This document shows positions 37,227 through 48,747 of a DNA stretch of 64,000 bases, one piece after another. This DNA is from Escherichia coli (GTDB lineage: Bacteria > Pseudomonadota > Gammaproteobacteria > Enterobacterales > Enterobacteriaceae), in assembly GCF_003334405.1 (NCBI RefSeq), contig NZ_QOWM01000002.1, one strand, 5' to 3'. Within the stretch, counting starts at the first letter, position 1, and every line of letters begins with the position of its first letter. Position numbers and translations under genes: made by a program. The notes beneath the pieces are model-generated. The model saw only the letters and a list, made by a program, of their open reading frames with translations, was not told the DNA's origin and made no database searches.

Positions 37227-37268
37227 TGCCGGATGCGACGTACGAGTGTTACGCATGTCGCATCCGAC
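37227..37268. repeat. REP-like palindrome between convergent recD and argA
   Basis: GCCGGATGCGACG...CGTCGCATCCGAC imperfect palindrome. Confidence 0.5.
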
Positions 37269-37280
37269 GATTTTCATCGC

Positions 37281-38612
37281 TTACCCTAAATCCGCCATCA
37301 ACACTTTGGATTTACGCTGGTAGTTGTACAACTGCTTTTTGCTCTCGGGCAGTAAATCAATATCCACTGGGGTAAATCCACGTTCCTGGAACCAGTGAAT
37401 ACTGCGCGTGGTCAGCACAAACAATTTGCTTAAGCCGCTCTGCTTCGCCTGAGCGGCAATGCGTTCCAGCAGAACTTCACCCCTTGATGAACTGCGGTAA
37501 TCCGGGTGAACTGCCACACAGGCCATTTCCCCAATCTTCTCTTCCGGGAACGGATAGAGCGCGGCGCAGGCAATAGTCGTGTTATCGCGCTGAATAATGG
37601 TGAATTTGTCGATTTCCATCTCCAGCTGCTCGCGAGAACGGCGTACCAGAATACCTTGCTGCTCCAGTGGGCGAATCAACTCCAGAATACCGCCAATATC
37701 GTTGATTGTTGCGCGACGAATCTGCTCGGCGCTTTCCATCACAATCTGCGTACCGATACCGTCGCGTGAGAACAACTCTTGCAACAGCGCGCCATCTTCC
37801 TGATAACTGATTAAATGACAGCGACGCACGCCGCTGCGGCAGGCTTTCACTGCGCCACGCAAAAAGCGCACCGTACCGGAGTTGTAATCGCCTTTCTCTT
37901 CCTGGGCTTCTACCCGCGCTTGCGCTTCGTTAGGGAAAAGTTCGGAGACAATATCACCGTCGTCATTAGTGACGCCCTGGGAAGAGCAAAAACCAATCAT
38001 CTTTTCAGCTTTCAGTTTGATGGCCAGTTGAGTGGCAATCTCTTCCGAGGTCAGGTTAAAGCTCTCGCCAGTGACTGAAACAGCGACCGGCCCCATTAGC
38101 ACTATTGCACCGCTGTCCAGTTGACGATGGATCGCGTCTTCATCAATCCGCCGGATACGCCCGCTATGGCAGTAATCCACGCCGTCATCGACGCCCAGCG
38201 GCTGGGCAATAATAAAATTGCCACTGACGACGTTGATATGCGCGCCCTGCAGCGGCGTGTTATTGAGACTCATCGACAGGCGAGCAGTAATATCCAGTTG
38301 CAATGTTCCCGCAGCCTGCTTCACCAGTTCCAGTGTTTTGGCGTCGGTCACACGTATATTCTTGTGATACAGCGGTTCGTGGTGATGCGCAGCCAGATTT
38401 GCGTCGATCTGCGGACGTGCGCCATAGACCACCACCAGACGGATGCCGAGGCTGTGCAACAACCCGATATCATTAACGATACTGGAGAAATTCTCATGCT
38501 CAATGGCTTCACCGCCGAGCATGATGACAAACGTTTTTCCCCGGTGGGTATTGATATAGGGAACCGAATGGCGGAATCCCTCGACCAACTCGGTTTTACG
38601 TTCCTTTACCAC
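37281..38612 (-). CDS. argA: N-acetylglutamate synthase
   Basis: 443 aa from GTG (minus strand, 38612-38610; [15 protein letters not shown]...); track ORF is extended to 38678; amino-acid kinase plus GNAT domains. Confidence 0.93.
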   Translation of the reverse strand: MVKERKTELVEGFRHSVPYINTHRGKTFVIMLGGEAIEHENFSSIVNDIGLLHSLGIRLVVVYGARPQIDANLAAHHHEPLYHKNIRVTDAKTLELVKQAAGTLQLDITARLSMSLNNTPLQGAHINVVSGNFIIAQPLGVDDGVDYCHSGRIRRIDEDAIHRQLDSGAIVLMGPVAVSVTGESFNLTSEEIATQLAIKLKAEKMIGFCSSQGVTNDDGDIVSELFPNEAQARVEAQEEKGDYNSGTVRFLRGAVKACRSGVRRCHLISYQEDGALLQELFSRDGIGTQIVMESAEQIRRATINDIGGILELIRPLEQQGILVRRSREQLEMEIDKFTIIQRDNTTIACAALYPFPEEKIGEMACVAVHPDYRSSSRGEVLLERIAAQAKQSGLSKLFVLTTRSIHWFQERGFTPVDIDLLPESKKQLYNYQRKSKVLMADLG

Positions 38613-38843
38613 GGCACACCTCTTTGCATGATTATTCGAAATTAGTGTATTTTTATTCTGTTTTTTCGCAGGGTGCAAGTGTAAATTTTATGCGAGAGCG
38701 ACTTTTTTATCAGTAATGCCGTGAATATAAAAAGAATGTTTACCGTTTATTAGATGACAGATTATGCGTCTTTCGCTAAAGTTTCCGGTCAAATTAGTCG
38801 TTTACTTGTTACACAGCTTAGATTTCTTTTGCTCGGGAGAGGC

Positions 38844-40097
38844 ATGTCAGGATCCAACACTGCAATCAGCCGTCGTCGTTTACTGCAAGGCGCGGGTGCC
38901 ATGTGGCTATTGAGCGTAAGTCAGGTCAGTCTGGCTGCGGTCAGCCAGGTCGTGGCGGTGCGCGTCTGGCCTGCGTCCAGCTACACCCGCGTGACGGTGG
39001 AATCAAATCGTCAGCTGAAATATAAGCAGTTCGCGTTGAGTAACCCTGAACGCGTGGTGGTGGATATCGAAGATGTAAACCTGAACTCGGTACTCAAGGG
39101 GATGGCGGCACAAATTCGTGCAGACGACCCGTTCATCAAGTCGGCGCGCGTCGGGCAATTTGACCCGCAAACCGTACGGATGGTTTTTGAATTAAAGCAA
39201 AACGTAAAACCGCAGCTGTTTGCCCTTGCGCCGGTCGCCGGGTTTAAAGAGCGTCTGGTGATGGACCTCTATCCGGCCAATGCACAGGATATGCAGGACC
39301 CGCTGCTGGCGCTGCTGGAGGATTACAACAAAGGCGACCTCGAAAAGCAGGTGCCGCCAGCGCAAAGTGGTCCACAACCGGGTAAAGCAGGGCGCGATCG
39401 TCCGATTGTCATTATGCTTGACCCTGGCCACGGTGGCGAAGACTCCGGTGCGGTGGGGAAATACAAAACGCGCGAAAAAGATGTGGTATTGCAAATAGCT
39501 CGCCGTTTGCGCTCTCTGATCGAGAAAGAGGGCAATATGAAGGTGTACATGACGCGCAATGAAGACATCTTCATTCCATTGCAAGTGCGCGTAGCAAAAG
39601 CCCAGAAACAGCGTGCTGACCTGTTTGTCTCTATCCATGCCGACGCCTTTACCAGTCGTCAGCCGAGCGGTTCCTCTGTGTTTGCGCTCTCAACCAAAGG
39701 TGCAACCAGTACTGCGGCAAAATATCTGGCACAAACCCAGAACGCCTCGGACTTGATTGGTGGCGTGAGCAAAAGCGGTGACCGCTATGTCGACCACACC
39801 ATGTTCGATATGGTACAGTCGCTGACCATTGCCGACAGCCTGAAGTTTGGTAAAGCGGTACTGAATAAGCTCGGTAAAATCAACAAGCTGCATAAAAATC
39901 AAGTTGAACAGGCCGGGTTTGCCGTACTAAAGGCACCAGATATTCCCTCCATTCTGGTCGAAACGGCGTTTATCAGTAACGTTGAGGAAGAGCGTAAACT
40001 GAAAACGGCGACTTTCCAGCAGGAAGTTGCGGAGTCTATTCTTGCGGGGATTAAAGCGTATTTTGCCGATGGGGCGACGCTGGCGAGAAGGGGATGA
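38844..40097 (+). CDS. amiC: N-acetylmuramoyl-L-alanine amidase AmiC (Tat-exported)
   Basis: 417 aa from ATG 38844; twin-arginine signal SRRRLLQG; amidase_3 domain; track ORF is extended from 38754. Confidence 0.93.
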
Positions 40098-40100
40098 TAA

Positions 40101-40127
40101 AAAGGCGCTGAATGGCGCTTTTTTATG
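40101..40127 (+). terminator. Hairpin + T-run after amiC
   Basis: AAAAAGGCGC-TGAATG-GCGCTTTTTT; short GC stem extended by A:T pairs, then T6. Confidence 0.4.
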
Positions 40128-40140
40128 GGAGACCAGAAAC

Positions 40141-40164
40141 AAAAAAACACCCGTTAGGGTGTTC
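40141..40164 (-). terminator. Rho-independent terminator of the tRNA-fMet transcript
   Basis: On the minus strand, immediately 3' of the tRNA: ACACCC-UAAC-GGGUGU followed by U7. Confidence 0.7.
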
Positions 40165-40170
40165 AATAAT

Positions 40171-40247
<77 letters not shown>

Positions 40248-40455
40248 TCCGTGGATGCGCACTATACTCCGCTCGCGTTTTCATGCAACCTTTTTTTTAC
40301 CCCGATCACGGATTTGGCATGATTTTGAACAAAAACAAATCACTAAAGCCTATTTTTTGTGCAAAATTTGCGTCAGGGAGAGGCTGCTCATTTCATTAAA
40401 CGCGGCGGTTTGTTATCTTCGTTGCGCCTTATTTTTTAACCTGAAGAAGAGAACA

Positions 40456-41553
40456 ATGAAAGGACGTTGGGTAAAGTACCTTCTTATGGGCACGGTTGTG
40501 GCAATGCTTGCCGCCTGCTCTTCCAAACCAACCGATCGCGGACAGCAATATAAAGACGGGAAATTTACCCAGCCTTTCTCTCTGGTGAACCAGCCAGATG
40601 CCGTTGGCGCGCCGATTAACGCCGGTGATTTTGCCGAGCAAATTAACCATATCCGTAATTCGTCACCGCGTCTGTATGGCAACCAGAGTAATGTTTATAA
40701 CGCGGTGCAAGAGTGGCTGCGCGCAGGCGGTGATACCCGCAATATGCGCCAGTTCGGCATTGATGCCTGGCAGATGGAAGGTGCCGACAACTATGGTAAC
40801 GTGCAGTTTACCGGTTATTACACGCCGGTAATTCAGGCGCGCCATACCCGCCAGGGCGAGTTCCAGTATCCTATTTACCGTATGCCGCCAAAACGTGGTC
40901 GTCTGCCGTCTCGTGCGGAGATCTACGCGGGGGCATTGAGTGATAAATATATTCTCGCTTACAGTAACTCCCTGATGGATAACTTCATTATGGATGTGCA
41001 GGGTAGTGGGTATATCGACTTTGGTGATGGCAGTCCGCTTAACTTTTTCAGCTATGCAGGGAAAAACGGTCATGCCTATCGCAGCATTGGTAAGGTGCTG
41101 ATCGACCGTGGCGAAGTGAAAAAAGAAGATATGTCGATGCAGGCGATTCGTCACTGGGGCGAAACACACAGTGAAGCCGAGGTTCGCGAGCTGCTGGAAC
41201 AGAACCCGTCTTTCGTCTTCTTTAAACCGCAATCTTTTGCTCCGGTGAAAGGGGCAAGTGCGGTGCCGCTGGTTGGTCGCGCGTCAGTTGCCTCTGATCG
41301 TTCCATTATTCCGCCAGGTACTACCTTGCTGGCAGAAGTGCCGTTGCTGGATAATAACGGCAAATTTAATGGTCAGTACGAACTGCGTCTGATGGTGGCG
41401 CTGGATGTCGGTGGTGCAATCAAAGGCCAACACTTCGATATCTATCAAGGGATCGGGCCGGAAGCCGGACACCGCGCAGGTTGGTACAACCACTATGGAC
41501 GTGTCTGGGTGCTGAAAACCGCCCCGGGCGCAGGTAACGTCTTTAGCGGCTGA
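40456..41553 (+). CDS. mltA: Membrane-bound lytic murein transglycosylase A (lipoprotein)
   Basis: 365 aa from ATG 40456 (MKGRWVKYLLMGTVVAMLAACSS..., lipobox LAAC); the 508-aa track ORF reads through the tRNA and is rejected. Confidence 0.93.
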   Translation: MKGRWVKYLLMGTVVAMLAACSSKPTDRGQQYKDGKFTQPFSLVNQPDAVGAPINAGDFAEQINHIRNSSPRLYGNQSNVYNAVQEWLRAGGDTRNMRQFGIDAWQMEGADNYGNVQFTGYYTPVIQARHTRQGEFQYPIYRMPPKRGRLPSRAEIYAGALSDKYILAYSNSLMDNFIMDVQGSGYIDFGDGSPLNFFSYAGKNGHAYRSIGKVLIDRGEVKKEDMSMQAIRHWGETHSEAEVRELLEQNPSFVFFKPQSFAPVKGASAVPLVGRASVASDRSIIPPGTTLLAEVPLLDNNGKFNGQYELRLMVALDVGGAIKGQHFDIYQGIGPEAGHRAGWYNHYGRVWVLKTAPGAGNVFSG

Positions 41554-41640
41554 TGTGATATTCTGTATGCCGTTTTTACGGATATGACAGGGTGAGGGGT
41601 AACCTCACATCCTGATTATTGACTAAGTGCGCGTTGTTCA

Positions 41641-41738
41641 TGCCGGATGCGGCGTGAACGCCTTATCCGGCCTACAAATCATGCAAATCCAAAATATTGC
41701 AGGAGTTATGTAGGCCTGATAAGCGTAGCGCATCAGGC
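41641..41738. repeat. BIME: two inverted REP elements
   Basis: GCCGGATGCGGCGTGAACGCCTTATCCGGCCTAC (41642-41675) and GTAGGCCTGATAAGCGTAGCGCATCAGGC (41710-41738) in head-to-head arrangement. Confidence 0.8.
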
Positions 41739-41750
41739 ATTTATGCGTTT

Positions 41751-41777
41751 AGGGTGAGGGATAACCTCGCCCTTTTT
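41751..41777 (+). terminator. Hairpin + T5 just upstream of tcdA
   Basis: GGGTGAGG-GATAA-CCTCGCCC followed by TTTTT; could terminate mltA read-through. Confidence 0.45.
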
Positions 41778-41791
41778 AATTCTGAGGTGCT

Positions 41792-42598
41792 ATGTCTGTG
41801 GTAATTAGTGATGCATGGCGTCAGCGTTTTGGTGGCACAGCGCGTCTGTATGGTGAAAAAGCGTTGCAACTGTTTGCTGACGCGCATATTTGTGTGGTTG
41901 GTATCGGTGGTGTCGGTTCCTGGGCGGCGGAAGCGCTGGCGCGCACGGGGATTGGCGCAATCACGCTTATCGATATGGATGATGTGTGCGTCACCAATAC
42001 CAATCGGCAAATTCATGCCCTGCGCGATAACGTTGGGCTGGCAAAAGCGGAAGTTATGGCGGAGCGTATTCGCCAGATTAACCCGGAGTGCCGTGTAACG
42101 GTGGTGGATGATTTCGTGACGCCGGATAACGTAGCGCAGTATATGAGCGTGGGTTATTCGTACGTGATTGATGCCATTGATAGTGTACGGCCCAAAGCGG
42201 CGCTGATTGCTTATTGTCGGCGCAATAAAATCCCACTGGTCACAACCGGTGGCGCGGGTGGGCAGATTGATCCGACGCAGATTCAGGTTACCGATCTGGC
42301 GAAAACGATTCAGGACCCGCTGGCGGCGAAGTTGCGCGAGCGCCTGAAAAGCGATTTTGGCGTAGTGAAAAACAGTAAAGGTAAGCTCGGCGTGGATTGC
42401 GTGTTTTCTACTGAAGCACTGGTGTACCCGCAGTCAGACGGTACGGTGTGTGCGATGAAAGCCACGGCAGAAGGGCCGAAGCGGATGGATTGTGCATCTG
42501 GATTTGGCGCGGCAACGATGGTGACCGCCACCTTTGGGTTTGTTGCGGTTTCTCATGCGCTGAAGAAGATGATGGCGAAAGCGGCGCGTCAGGGTTAA
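41792..42598 (+). CDS. tcdA: tRNA threonylcarbamoyladenosine dehydratase (ThiF/MoeB-like E1)
   Basis: 268 aa; nucleotide-binding motif VVGIGGVGSWAAEALAR. Confidence 0.92.
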   Translation: MSVVISDAWRQRFGGTARLYGEKALQLFADAHICVVGIGGVGSWAAEALARTGIGAITLIDMDDVCVTNTNRQIHALRDNVGLAKAEVMAERIRQINPECRVTVVDDFVTPDNVAQYMSVGYSYVIDAIDSVRPKAALIAYCRRNKIPLVTTGGAGGQIDPTQIQVTDLAKTIQDPLAAKLRERLKSDFGVVKNSKGKLGVDCVFSTEALVYPQSDGTVCAMKATAEGPKRMDCASGFGAATMVTATFGFVAVSHALKKMMAKAARQG

Positions 42599-42606
42599 AC
42601 AATCAG

Positions 42607-42637
42607 GTCGGATGAGACGCGAACGTCTTATCCGACC
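42607..42637. repeat. REP-like palindrome between convergent tcdA and csdE
   Basis: GTCGGATGAGACGCGAACGTCTTATCCGAC. Confidence 0.55.
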
Positions 42638-42648
42638 CGGTTCTGTGC

Positions 42649-43092
42649 TTAAACCTGCTTCGTCGCAGCGATAATCGCCTCGCTTAACGCATTTAACCCC
42701 TGGCTGCGTGAGGCGCTAAGCTGCGCACGTAATCCCAGCTCATCAAACAATGCCAGTGGTGACTGTGCCTGCAACTCGGCGGCGGTTTTCCCCTCAACGG
42801 CAGTCAACAACACCGCCAGCAGGCCGCGCACAATGCGCCCTTCGCTGTCGCCAAAGAAATGCATTTTGCCGTTTTCAGCCACTGTATATCCCAGCCAGAC
42901 GCGGTTTTCGCATCCGGCAATCTCTTTAGCCTGCGCTTTTAACTCGTCTGGCAATGCCGGAAGCTGTTTCCCCAGCATGATCAACTGGCGATATTTATCT
43001 TCCCATTGCGTCAACGGTGCGAAGGTATTGCGTAACGTTTCTGCGGTTACGGTTGTGCCGAACGGATGTCCGGCGAATTGCGGGTTTGTCAT
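42649..43092 (-). CDS. csdE: Sulfur-acceptor protein CsdE (SufE-like)
   Basis: 147 aa; SufE family; start overlaps the csdA stop. Confidence 0.92.
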
Positions 43093-44297
43093 TAATCCAC
43101 CAATAATTCCAGCGCGCGGTCAACGGCATTCACCAGCGCATCCACATCACTCTTTGTATTATATGGCGCAAAAGAGGCGCGCAGTGTGCCGGTTACGCCT
43201 AATTCTGCCAGTAGCGGCTGAGCGCAATGCTGCCCGGCCCGCAGGGCAATACCGTACTCCGCCAGCAGCGTCACCATATCGCTATGATGAACGCCAGCAA
43301 AATCAAAGGCCAGCAGGCTGGAATCCTGGCAGCGGAATGAACGAAAGCCGGGACGTTTCGCCAGCGCATCTTCCGCCAGCGTTGCTAAGCTACGGCTCCA
43401 GCTTTCGGCCTGGTTGATATCGTAATCTGCCAGCCATTCCAGCGCCGCGCTTAATCCTATGACACCAGCGACATTTGGCGTTCCAGCTTCCAGTTTCCAC
43501 GGCGCAGATTGAGTCGTGAAGCCGTCAAAACTCACTTCGTGAACCATTTTGCCGCCGCCCAGCCAGGGCGACATCGCCTCCAGCAGTTCTGATTTACCAT
43601 ACAGCACGCCGATACCTGTCGGGCCATACAGTTTGTGACCTGAAAAAGCATAGAAATCAATATCCAGTTGCTGAACATCCGCGGGGAAATGCACTGCCCC
43701 CTGAGCACCATCAACCATCACCACCATCCCGGCTGAATGAGCAAAGGTAATCGCTCGCGCCAGATCCGGGCAACCGCCAGTAACGTTCGACATCTGACCC
43801 AACGCCAGAATCCGACTACGGGGAGTAATCAGTTCTGGCAACAAATCGACATCCGGCAGTCGCTGCGCATTAAGCGGCAATTTCACCACTTTGGCTCCAG
43901 TTTGTTGGGCGACCATCAGCCAGGGGACGAGGTTGGCGTGGTGTTCTGCCACGCTGACAATAATCTCATCGCCCGGTTGCAGACGCGGACGCGCATAGCA
44001 TTGTGCCACCATGTTGATGGATTCAGTGGTGCCGCGCGTCCAGACGATAGTTTTATCATCCGGTGCATTCAGTAATTGCGCCACTTTCTCTCGTGCAGCT
44101 TCATAACGCGCGGTCAGGCGTTGGGCTTCGGCAAACTGGCTGCGATGGACGTTTCCGGCGCTCAGACTGTAAAACTGTTGGGTGGCTTCAACCACGGCTT
44201 CAGGTTTAAGCGCGGTCGCGGCGCTGTCGAGATAGACGCCCGCATCCTGTAGTGCGGGAAACTGGGCGCGAAACTGCGCGGGATTAAAAACGTTCAT
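43092..44297 (-). CDS. csdA: Cysteine desulfurase / cysteine sulfinate desulfinase (class V PLP)
   Basis: 401 aa from the ATG giving [12 protein letters not shown]... (track ORF is extended by 12 codons); PLP-Lys motif FSGHK. Confidence 0.93.
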
Positions 44298-44488
44298 GGT
44301 ACTCCTCGGCTTGATGCACCGATCGTGACGCAAAATTCACTTTGATACAAGGAGAGTGCTAACCATCAGAATTATCTGGATATCCTGGCGAAGCCGCGTA
44401 AGTAACATATGCTGAATAGTGTTAGGCGTTAATTTTAGCCTGTTAATCAATACTATTAAGATTTATTAATCGCTTTAAGGAGAAGATG

Positions 44489-44716
44489 ATGAAAAAGACT
44501 GCCGCAATTATTTCTGCCTGTATGCTGACTTTTGCCCTGAGCGCCTGTTCCGGTTCGAACTATGTGATGCACACCAATGACGGACGTACCATCGTCTCTG
44601 ACGGCAAACCACAGACTGATAACGATACCGGTATGATTTCGTATAAAGACGCTAATGGCAACAAACAGCAGATCAACCGTACTGACGTGAAAGAGATGGT
44701 CGAACTGGATCAGTAA
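44489..44716 (+). CDS. ygdI: DUF903-family lipoprotein
   Basis: 75 aa from the second ATG (best spacing to the AAGGAG RBS); lipobox LSAC; paralog of YgdR. Confidence 0.88.
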   Translation: MKKTAAIISACMLTFALSACSGSNYVMHTNDGRTIVSDGKPQTDNDTGMISYKDANGNKQQINRTDVKEMVELDQ

Positions 44717-44732
44717 TTCGCGATCGCAAGGT

Positions 44733-44938
44733 AAAAAAAAGCACCGCAATTAGGCGGTGCTACATTAATCACTATGGACAGACAGGGTAAATGTACAGGA
44801 AGTGAAAAAAGGTAGCTTTGCTACCATGGTCTGAATCGCAGACCAATTGCAAACACAACAACACAACATCACAACCGTAAGCCAAAAGTTCACCAGAACA
44901 CGCATTCCGATAAAACTTTTCGTTCCGGCTCAGGAAGT
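44733..44938 (-). ncRNA. gcvB: GcvB small RNA (~206 nt)
   Basis: Minus-strand sequence ACTTCCTGAGCCGGAACGAAAAGTTTTATCGGAATGCGTGTTCTGGTGAAC... with GT-rich region and terminal hairpin GCACCGCCTAATTGCGGTGC + U8; divergent from gcvA. Confidence 0.9.
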
Positions 44939-45066
44939 GCCGCCACTATAGGTATTTGCTGGTAGAAGCTCAACGGACAATTTATAATGGCTCAGATTAA
45001 AAAAACTAATAGGTTACATAGTGTGATCTAATTGTTAAATTCATTTAACATCAAAGTTTAATAGCC

Positions 45067-45984
45067 ATGTCTAAACGATTACCACCGCTAAATGCCTTAC
45101 GAGTTTTTGATGCCGCAGCACGCCATTTAAGTTTCACTCGCGCAGCAGAAGAGCTTTTTGTGACCCAAGCCGCAGTAAGTCATCAAATCAAGTCTCTTGA
45201 GGATTTTTTGGGGCTAAAACTGTTCCGCCGCCGTAATCGTTCACTCCTGCTGACCGAGGAAGGGCAAAGCTATTTCCTCGATATCAAAGAGATATTTTCG
45301 CAATTAACCGAAGCGACGCGTAAACTCCAGGCCCGTAGCGCCAAGGGGGCGTTGACGGTCAGTTTACTCCCCAGTTTCGCCATTCATTGGTTGGTTCCGC
45401 GACTTTCCAGCTTTAATTCAGCTTATCCGGGAATTGACGTTCGAATCCAGGCGGTTGATCGTCAGGAAGATAAGCTGGCGGATGATGTTGATGTGGCGAT
45501 ATTTTATGGTCGGGGCAACTGGCCGGGGCTACGGGTGGAAAAACTGTACGCCGAATATTTATTGCCGGTGTGTTCGCCGCTACTGCTGACTGGCGAAAAA
45601 CCCTTGAAGACACCGGAAGATCTGGCTAAACATACGTTATTACATGATGCTTCGCGCCGTGACTGGCAGACATATACCCGACAGTTGGGGTTAAATCATA
45701 TCAACGTTCAGCAAGGGCCAATTTTTAGCCATAGCGCCATGGTGCTGCAAGCGGCTATCCACGGGCAGGGAGTGGCGCTGGCAAATAACGTGATGGCGCA
45801 ATCTGAAATCGAGGCCGGACGTCTTGTTTGCCCGTTTAATGATGTTCTGGTCAGTAAAAATGCTTTTTATCTGGTTTGTCATGACAGTCAGGCAGAACTG
45901 GGTAAAATAGCCGCCTTTCGCCAATGGATCCTGGCGAAAGCCGCTGCTGAACAAGAAAAATTCCGCTTTCGTTATGAACAATAA
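45067..45984 (+). CDS. gcvA: Glycine cleavage system transcriptional regulator (LTTR)
   Basis: 305 aa; LTTR HTH (LNALRVFDAAARHLSFTRAAEELFVTQAAVSHQIKSLE). Confidence 0.95.
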   Translation: MSKRLPPLNALRVFDAAARHLSFTRAAEELFVTQAAVSHQIKSLEDFLGLKLFRRRNRSLLLTEEGQSYFLDIKEIFSQLTEATRKLQARSAKGALTVSLLPSFAIHWLVPRLSSFNSAYPGIDVRIQAVDRQEDKLADDVDVAIFYGRGNWPGLRVEKLYAEYLLPVCSPLLLTGEKPLKTPEDLAKHTLLHDASRRDWQTYTRQLGLNHINVQQGPIFSHSAMVLQAAIHGQGVALANNVMAQSEIEAGRLVCPFNDVLVSKNAFYLVCHDSQAELGKIAAFRQWILAKAAAEQEKFRFRYEQ

Positions 45985-46002
45985 TTTACGTAGGGTACGA
46001 CC

Positions 46003-46398
46003 ATGACCAGCCGTTTTATGCTGATTTTCGCCGCCATTAGCGGCTTCATTTTTGTGGCTCTGGGCGCTTTTGGCGCGCATGTGTTAAGTAAAACCATGGG
46101 GGCCGTTGAGATGGGCTGGATCCAGACCGGCCTCGAATACCAGGCGTTTCATACGCTGGCGATCTTAGGTCTGGCGGTGGCAATGCAGCGTCGCATCAGT
46201 ATCTGGTTTTACTGGAGTAGCGTTTTCCTCGCGTTAGGCACGGTGTTGTTCAGCGGCAGCCTTTATTGCCTGGCGCTGTCCCATCTGCGTTTGTGGGCGT
46301 TTGTCACTCCGGTTGGCGGCGTGAGCTTCCTCGCGGGCTGGGCGTTAATGTTAGTTGGTGCTATCCGTTTAAAGCGCAAGGGCGTAAGTCATGAATAA
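46003..46398 (+). CDS. ygdD: DUF423 inner-membrane protein
   Basis: 131 aa; four predicted transmembrane segments. Confidence 0.88.
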
Positions 46399-47491
46399 GG
46401 TTGTATTGCTGTGCCGTCCGGGCTTTGAAAAAGAGTGCGCCGCAGAAATTACCGATAAAGCCGGCCAGCGGGAAATTTTCGGTTTTGCCCGCGTGAAAGA
46501 GAATGCGGGTTATGTCATTTATGAATGTTATCAACCTGATGATGGCGATAAGTTAATCCGTGAGCTGCCGTTCAGTTCATTAATTTTTGCCCGCCAGTGG
46601 TTTGTGGTGGGGGAACTCCTGCAGCATTTGCCGCCAGAAGATCGTATTACCCCCATTGTCGGCATGTTACAGGGCGTAGTAGAGAAGGGCGGTGAACTGC
46701 GTGTTGAAGTTGCCGATACCAACGAAAGCAAAGAGTTACTGAAATTCTGCCGTAAATTTACTGTTCCGCTACGCGCTGCCTTGCGCGATGCCGGGGTGCT
46801 GGCGAACTATGAAACGCCGAAGCGTCCGGTTGTGCATGTATTCTTTATTGCACCAGGCTGCTGCTATACCGGTTACTCATACAGCAACAATAATTCGCCG
46901 TTCTATATGGGCATTCCGCGCCTGAAATTTCCGGCAGATGCGCCGAGTCGTTCCACGCTCAAACTGGAAGAGGCATTTCATGTGTTTATTCCTGCGGATG
47001 AGTGGGATGAACGCCTGGCGAACGGGATGTGGGCGGTGGATTTAGGCGCTTGCCCTGGCGGCTGGACCTACCAACTGGTGAAGCGCAACATGTGGGTTTA
47101 TTCCGTCGACAACGGCCCGATGGCGCAAAGTCTGATGGATACCGGACAGGTGACGTGGCTGCGGGAAGACGGTTTCAAATTCCGTCCGACGCGCAGCAAT
47201 ATCTCCTGGATGGTATGCGATATGGTTGAAAAACCGGCGAAAGTTGCGGCATTGATGGCGCAGTGGCTGGTTAATGGCTGGTGCCGTGAAACCATTTTCA
47301 ACCTCAAACTGCCGATGAAAAAACGCTACGAAGAAGTGTCACACAATCTGGCGTATATTCAGGCACAGCTTGATGAACATGGCATAAATGCTCAGATTCA
47401 GGCGCGGCAGTTGTATCACGATCGCGAAGAAGTGACGGTGCACGTCCGCCGCATCTGGGCTGCGGTGGGTGGTCGTCGCGACGAGCGATAA
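46391..47491 (+). CDS. rlmM: 23S rRNA (cytidine2498-2'-O)-methyltransferase
   Basis: 366 aa; overlaps the ygdD stop by 8 bp. Confidence 0.92.
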
Positions 47492-47498
47492 CAGGCAA

Positions 47499-47520
47499 GG
47501 CCGGGGCGTCGTCTCCGGCC
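47499..47520. terminator. GC-rich hairpin between convergent rlmM and fucR
   Basis: GGCCGGGG-CGTCGT-CTCCGGCC; no T-run, so terminator role is inferred. Confidence 0.35.
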
Positions 47521-47534
47521 TGCTACCCTTTCCG

Positions 47535-48266
47535 TCAGGCTGTTACCAAAGAAGTTGCAACCTGGCGCTCATCAGAAATAATGTGCGTTACCTCATCCAG
47601 ATGCCCGATGCGGGCTTCCCCTGAACGATTAAATTTACTTTTATCAATCAATAACAACGATTGCGCGGCACGTTTTAATAGCATCGATTTGTAATCAGCG
47701 TTGATCGCATTGGAGTCCCACAGTGCGCCGCTGCTATCGATCCCTTCACAAGAAAAAATAAACAGATCGATTTCCAGCGATTTAAGTTGGGAAATCAGCG
47801 AGGGATTGACGTAACAGCCATATTTGCGCTCAAGTGTGCCGCCGGAACTGATCAGTTGAATGCGTTCGCGTTTACCGAGTTCATGGCAAATCGGATGGCT
47901 ATTGGTGAAGACCTGAATGTTGATGTCAGGCAACTGGCGTGCCAGATACCAGCAAGTTGAACTGGCGTCTAAGGCTATCACCATCCCTTCTTCAATCCAC
48001 GCGAGCGCCTCGCGCGCGATATCTGCTTTATGCGCATAATGGCTTTTCAGCCTGATGTGAAAGGGATCGCCACTGTCTTGATTTTGACGGTGGATATATT
48101 TAGCGCGTCCATGATTGCGCAGAATTTTACCCTGCGTCTGTAATTCATTGAGATCGCGACGAATGGTTTCTTTACTGACCTTTAGCTGTTCAGAGAGAGC
48201 TTCCGTGGTCAGGCTGGTATGGTTCAGCAGCAGGTCGACTATCGCTTGCTGGCGTGCCGCTTTCAT
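47535..48266 (-). CDS. fucR: L-fucose operon activator (DeoR family)
   Basis: 243 aa from ATG (MKAARQQAIVDLL...); N-terminal DeoR HTH; track ORF begins 3 codons earlier at GTG. Confidence 0.92.
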   Translation of the reverse strand: MKAARQQAIVDLLLNHTSLTTEALSEQLKVSKETIRRDLNELQTQGKILRNHGRAKYIHRQNQDSGDPFHIRLKSHYAHKADIAREALAWIEEGMVIALDASSTCWYLARQLPDINIQVFTNSHPICHELGKRERIQLISSGGTLERKYGCYVNPSLISQLKSLEIDLFIFSCEGIDSSGALWDSNAINADYKSMLLKRAAQSLLLIDKSKFNRSGEARIGHLDEVTHIISDERQVATSLVTA

Positions 48267-48323
48267 ATTTTTCACCCCATCATTCGATAACCGCCCGCGT
48301 CATGCGGGCGTACCGGTATGAGA

Positions 48324-48746
48324 TTACGGTGTTACCCCTTTTTTTAAAAGAATATTCCCGTACTTCGCTCGTTCGCCTGTGATAACGATCGCAAAGGCTT
48401 TTTGCGCCCGTTCATAAAACGCAAAACGATTGATGCGGATGATGTCAGGACACGGGGCTTGTAGTGAAAGCGCATTACGGTAACGTCGTTCTACTTCAGG
48501 ATCGAGAGTGTCACCTTCTACCGCCGCCATCATCACCAGCGGCGGTGCATAACTGTCCAGTTCAAATAACGGGATAATCGCCTGGAGCAAGTCGCTCACC
48601 AACAGGCCATCAGCGCGGATCACCTGCGGTCCCATCGAATGGGCGGGAAAGTGAGCATCGGAAAAAATAATTTCATCTCCATGTCCCATCTCTGCCAGCA
48701 CTTTCAATAGTTCGGGAGAAATTAACGGCGAAATTGTTTTCAGCAT
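48324..48746 (-). CDS. fucU: L-fucose mutarotase
   Basis: 140 aa; RbsD/FucU family. Confidence 0.93.
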
Positions 48747-48747
48747 T

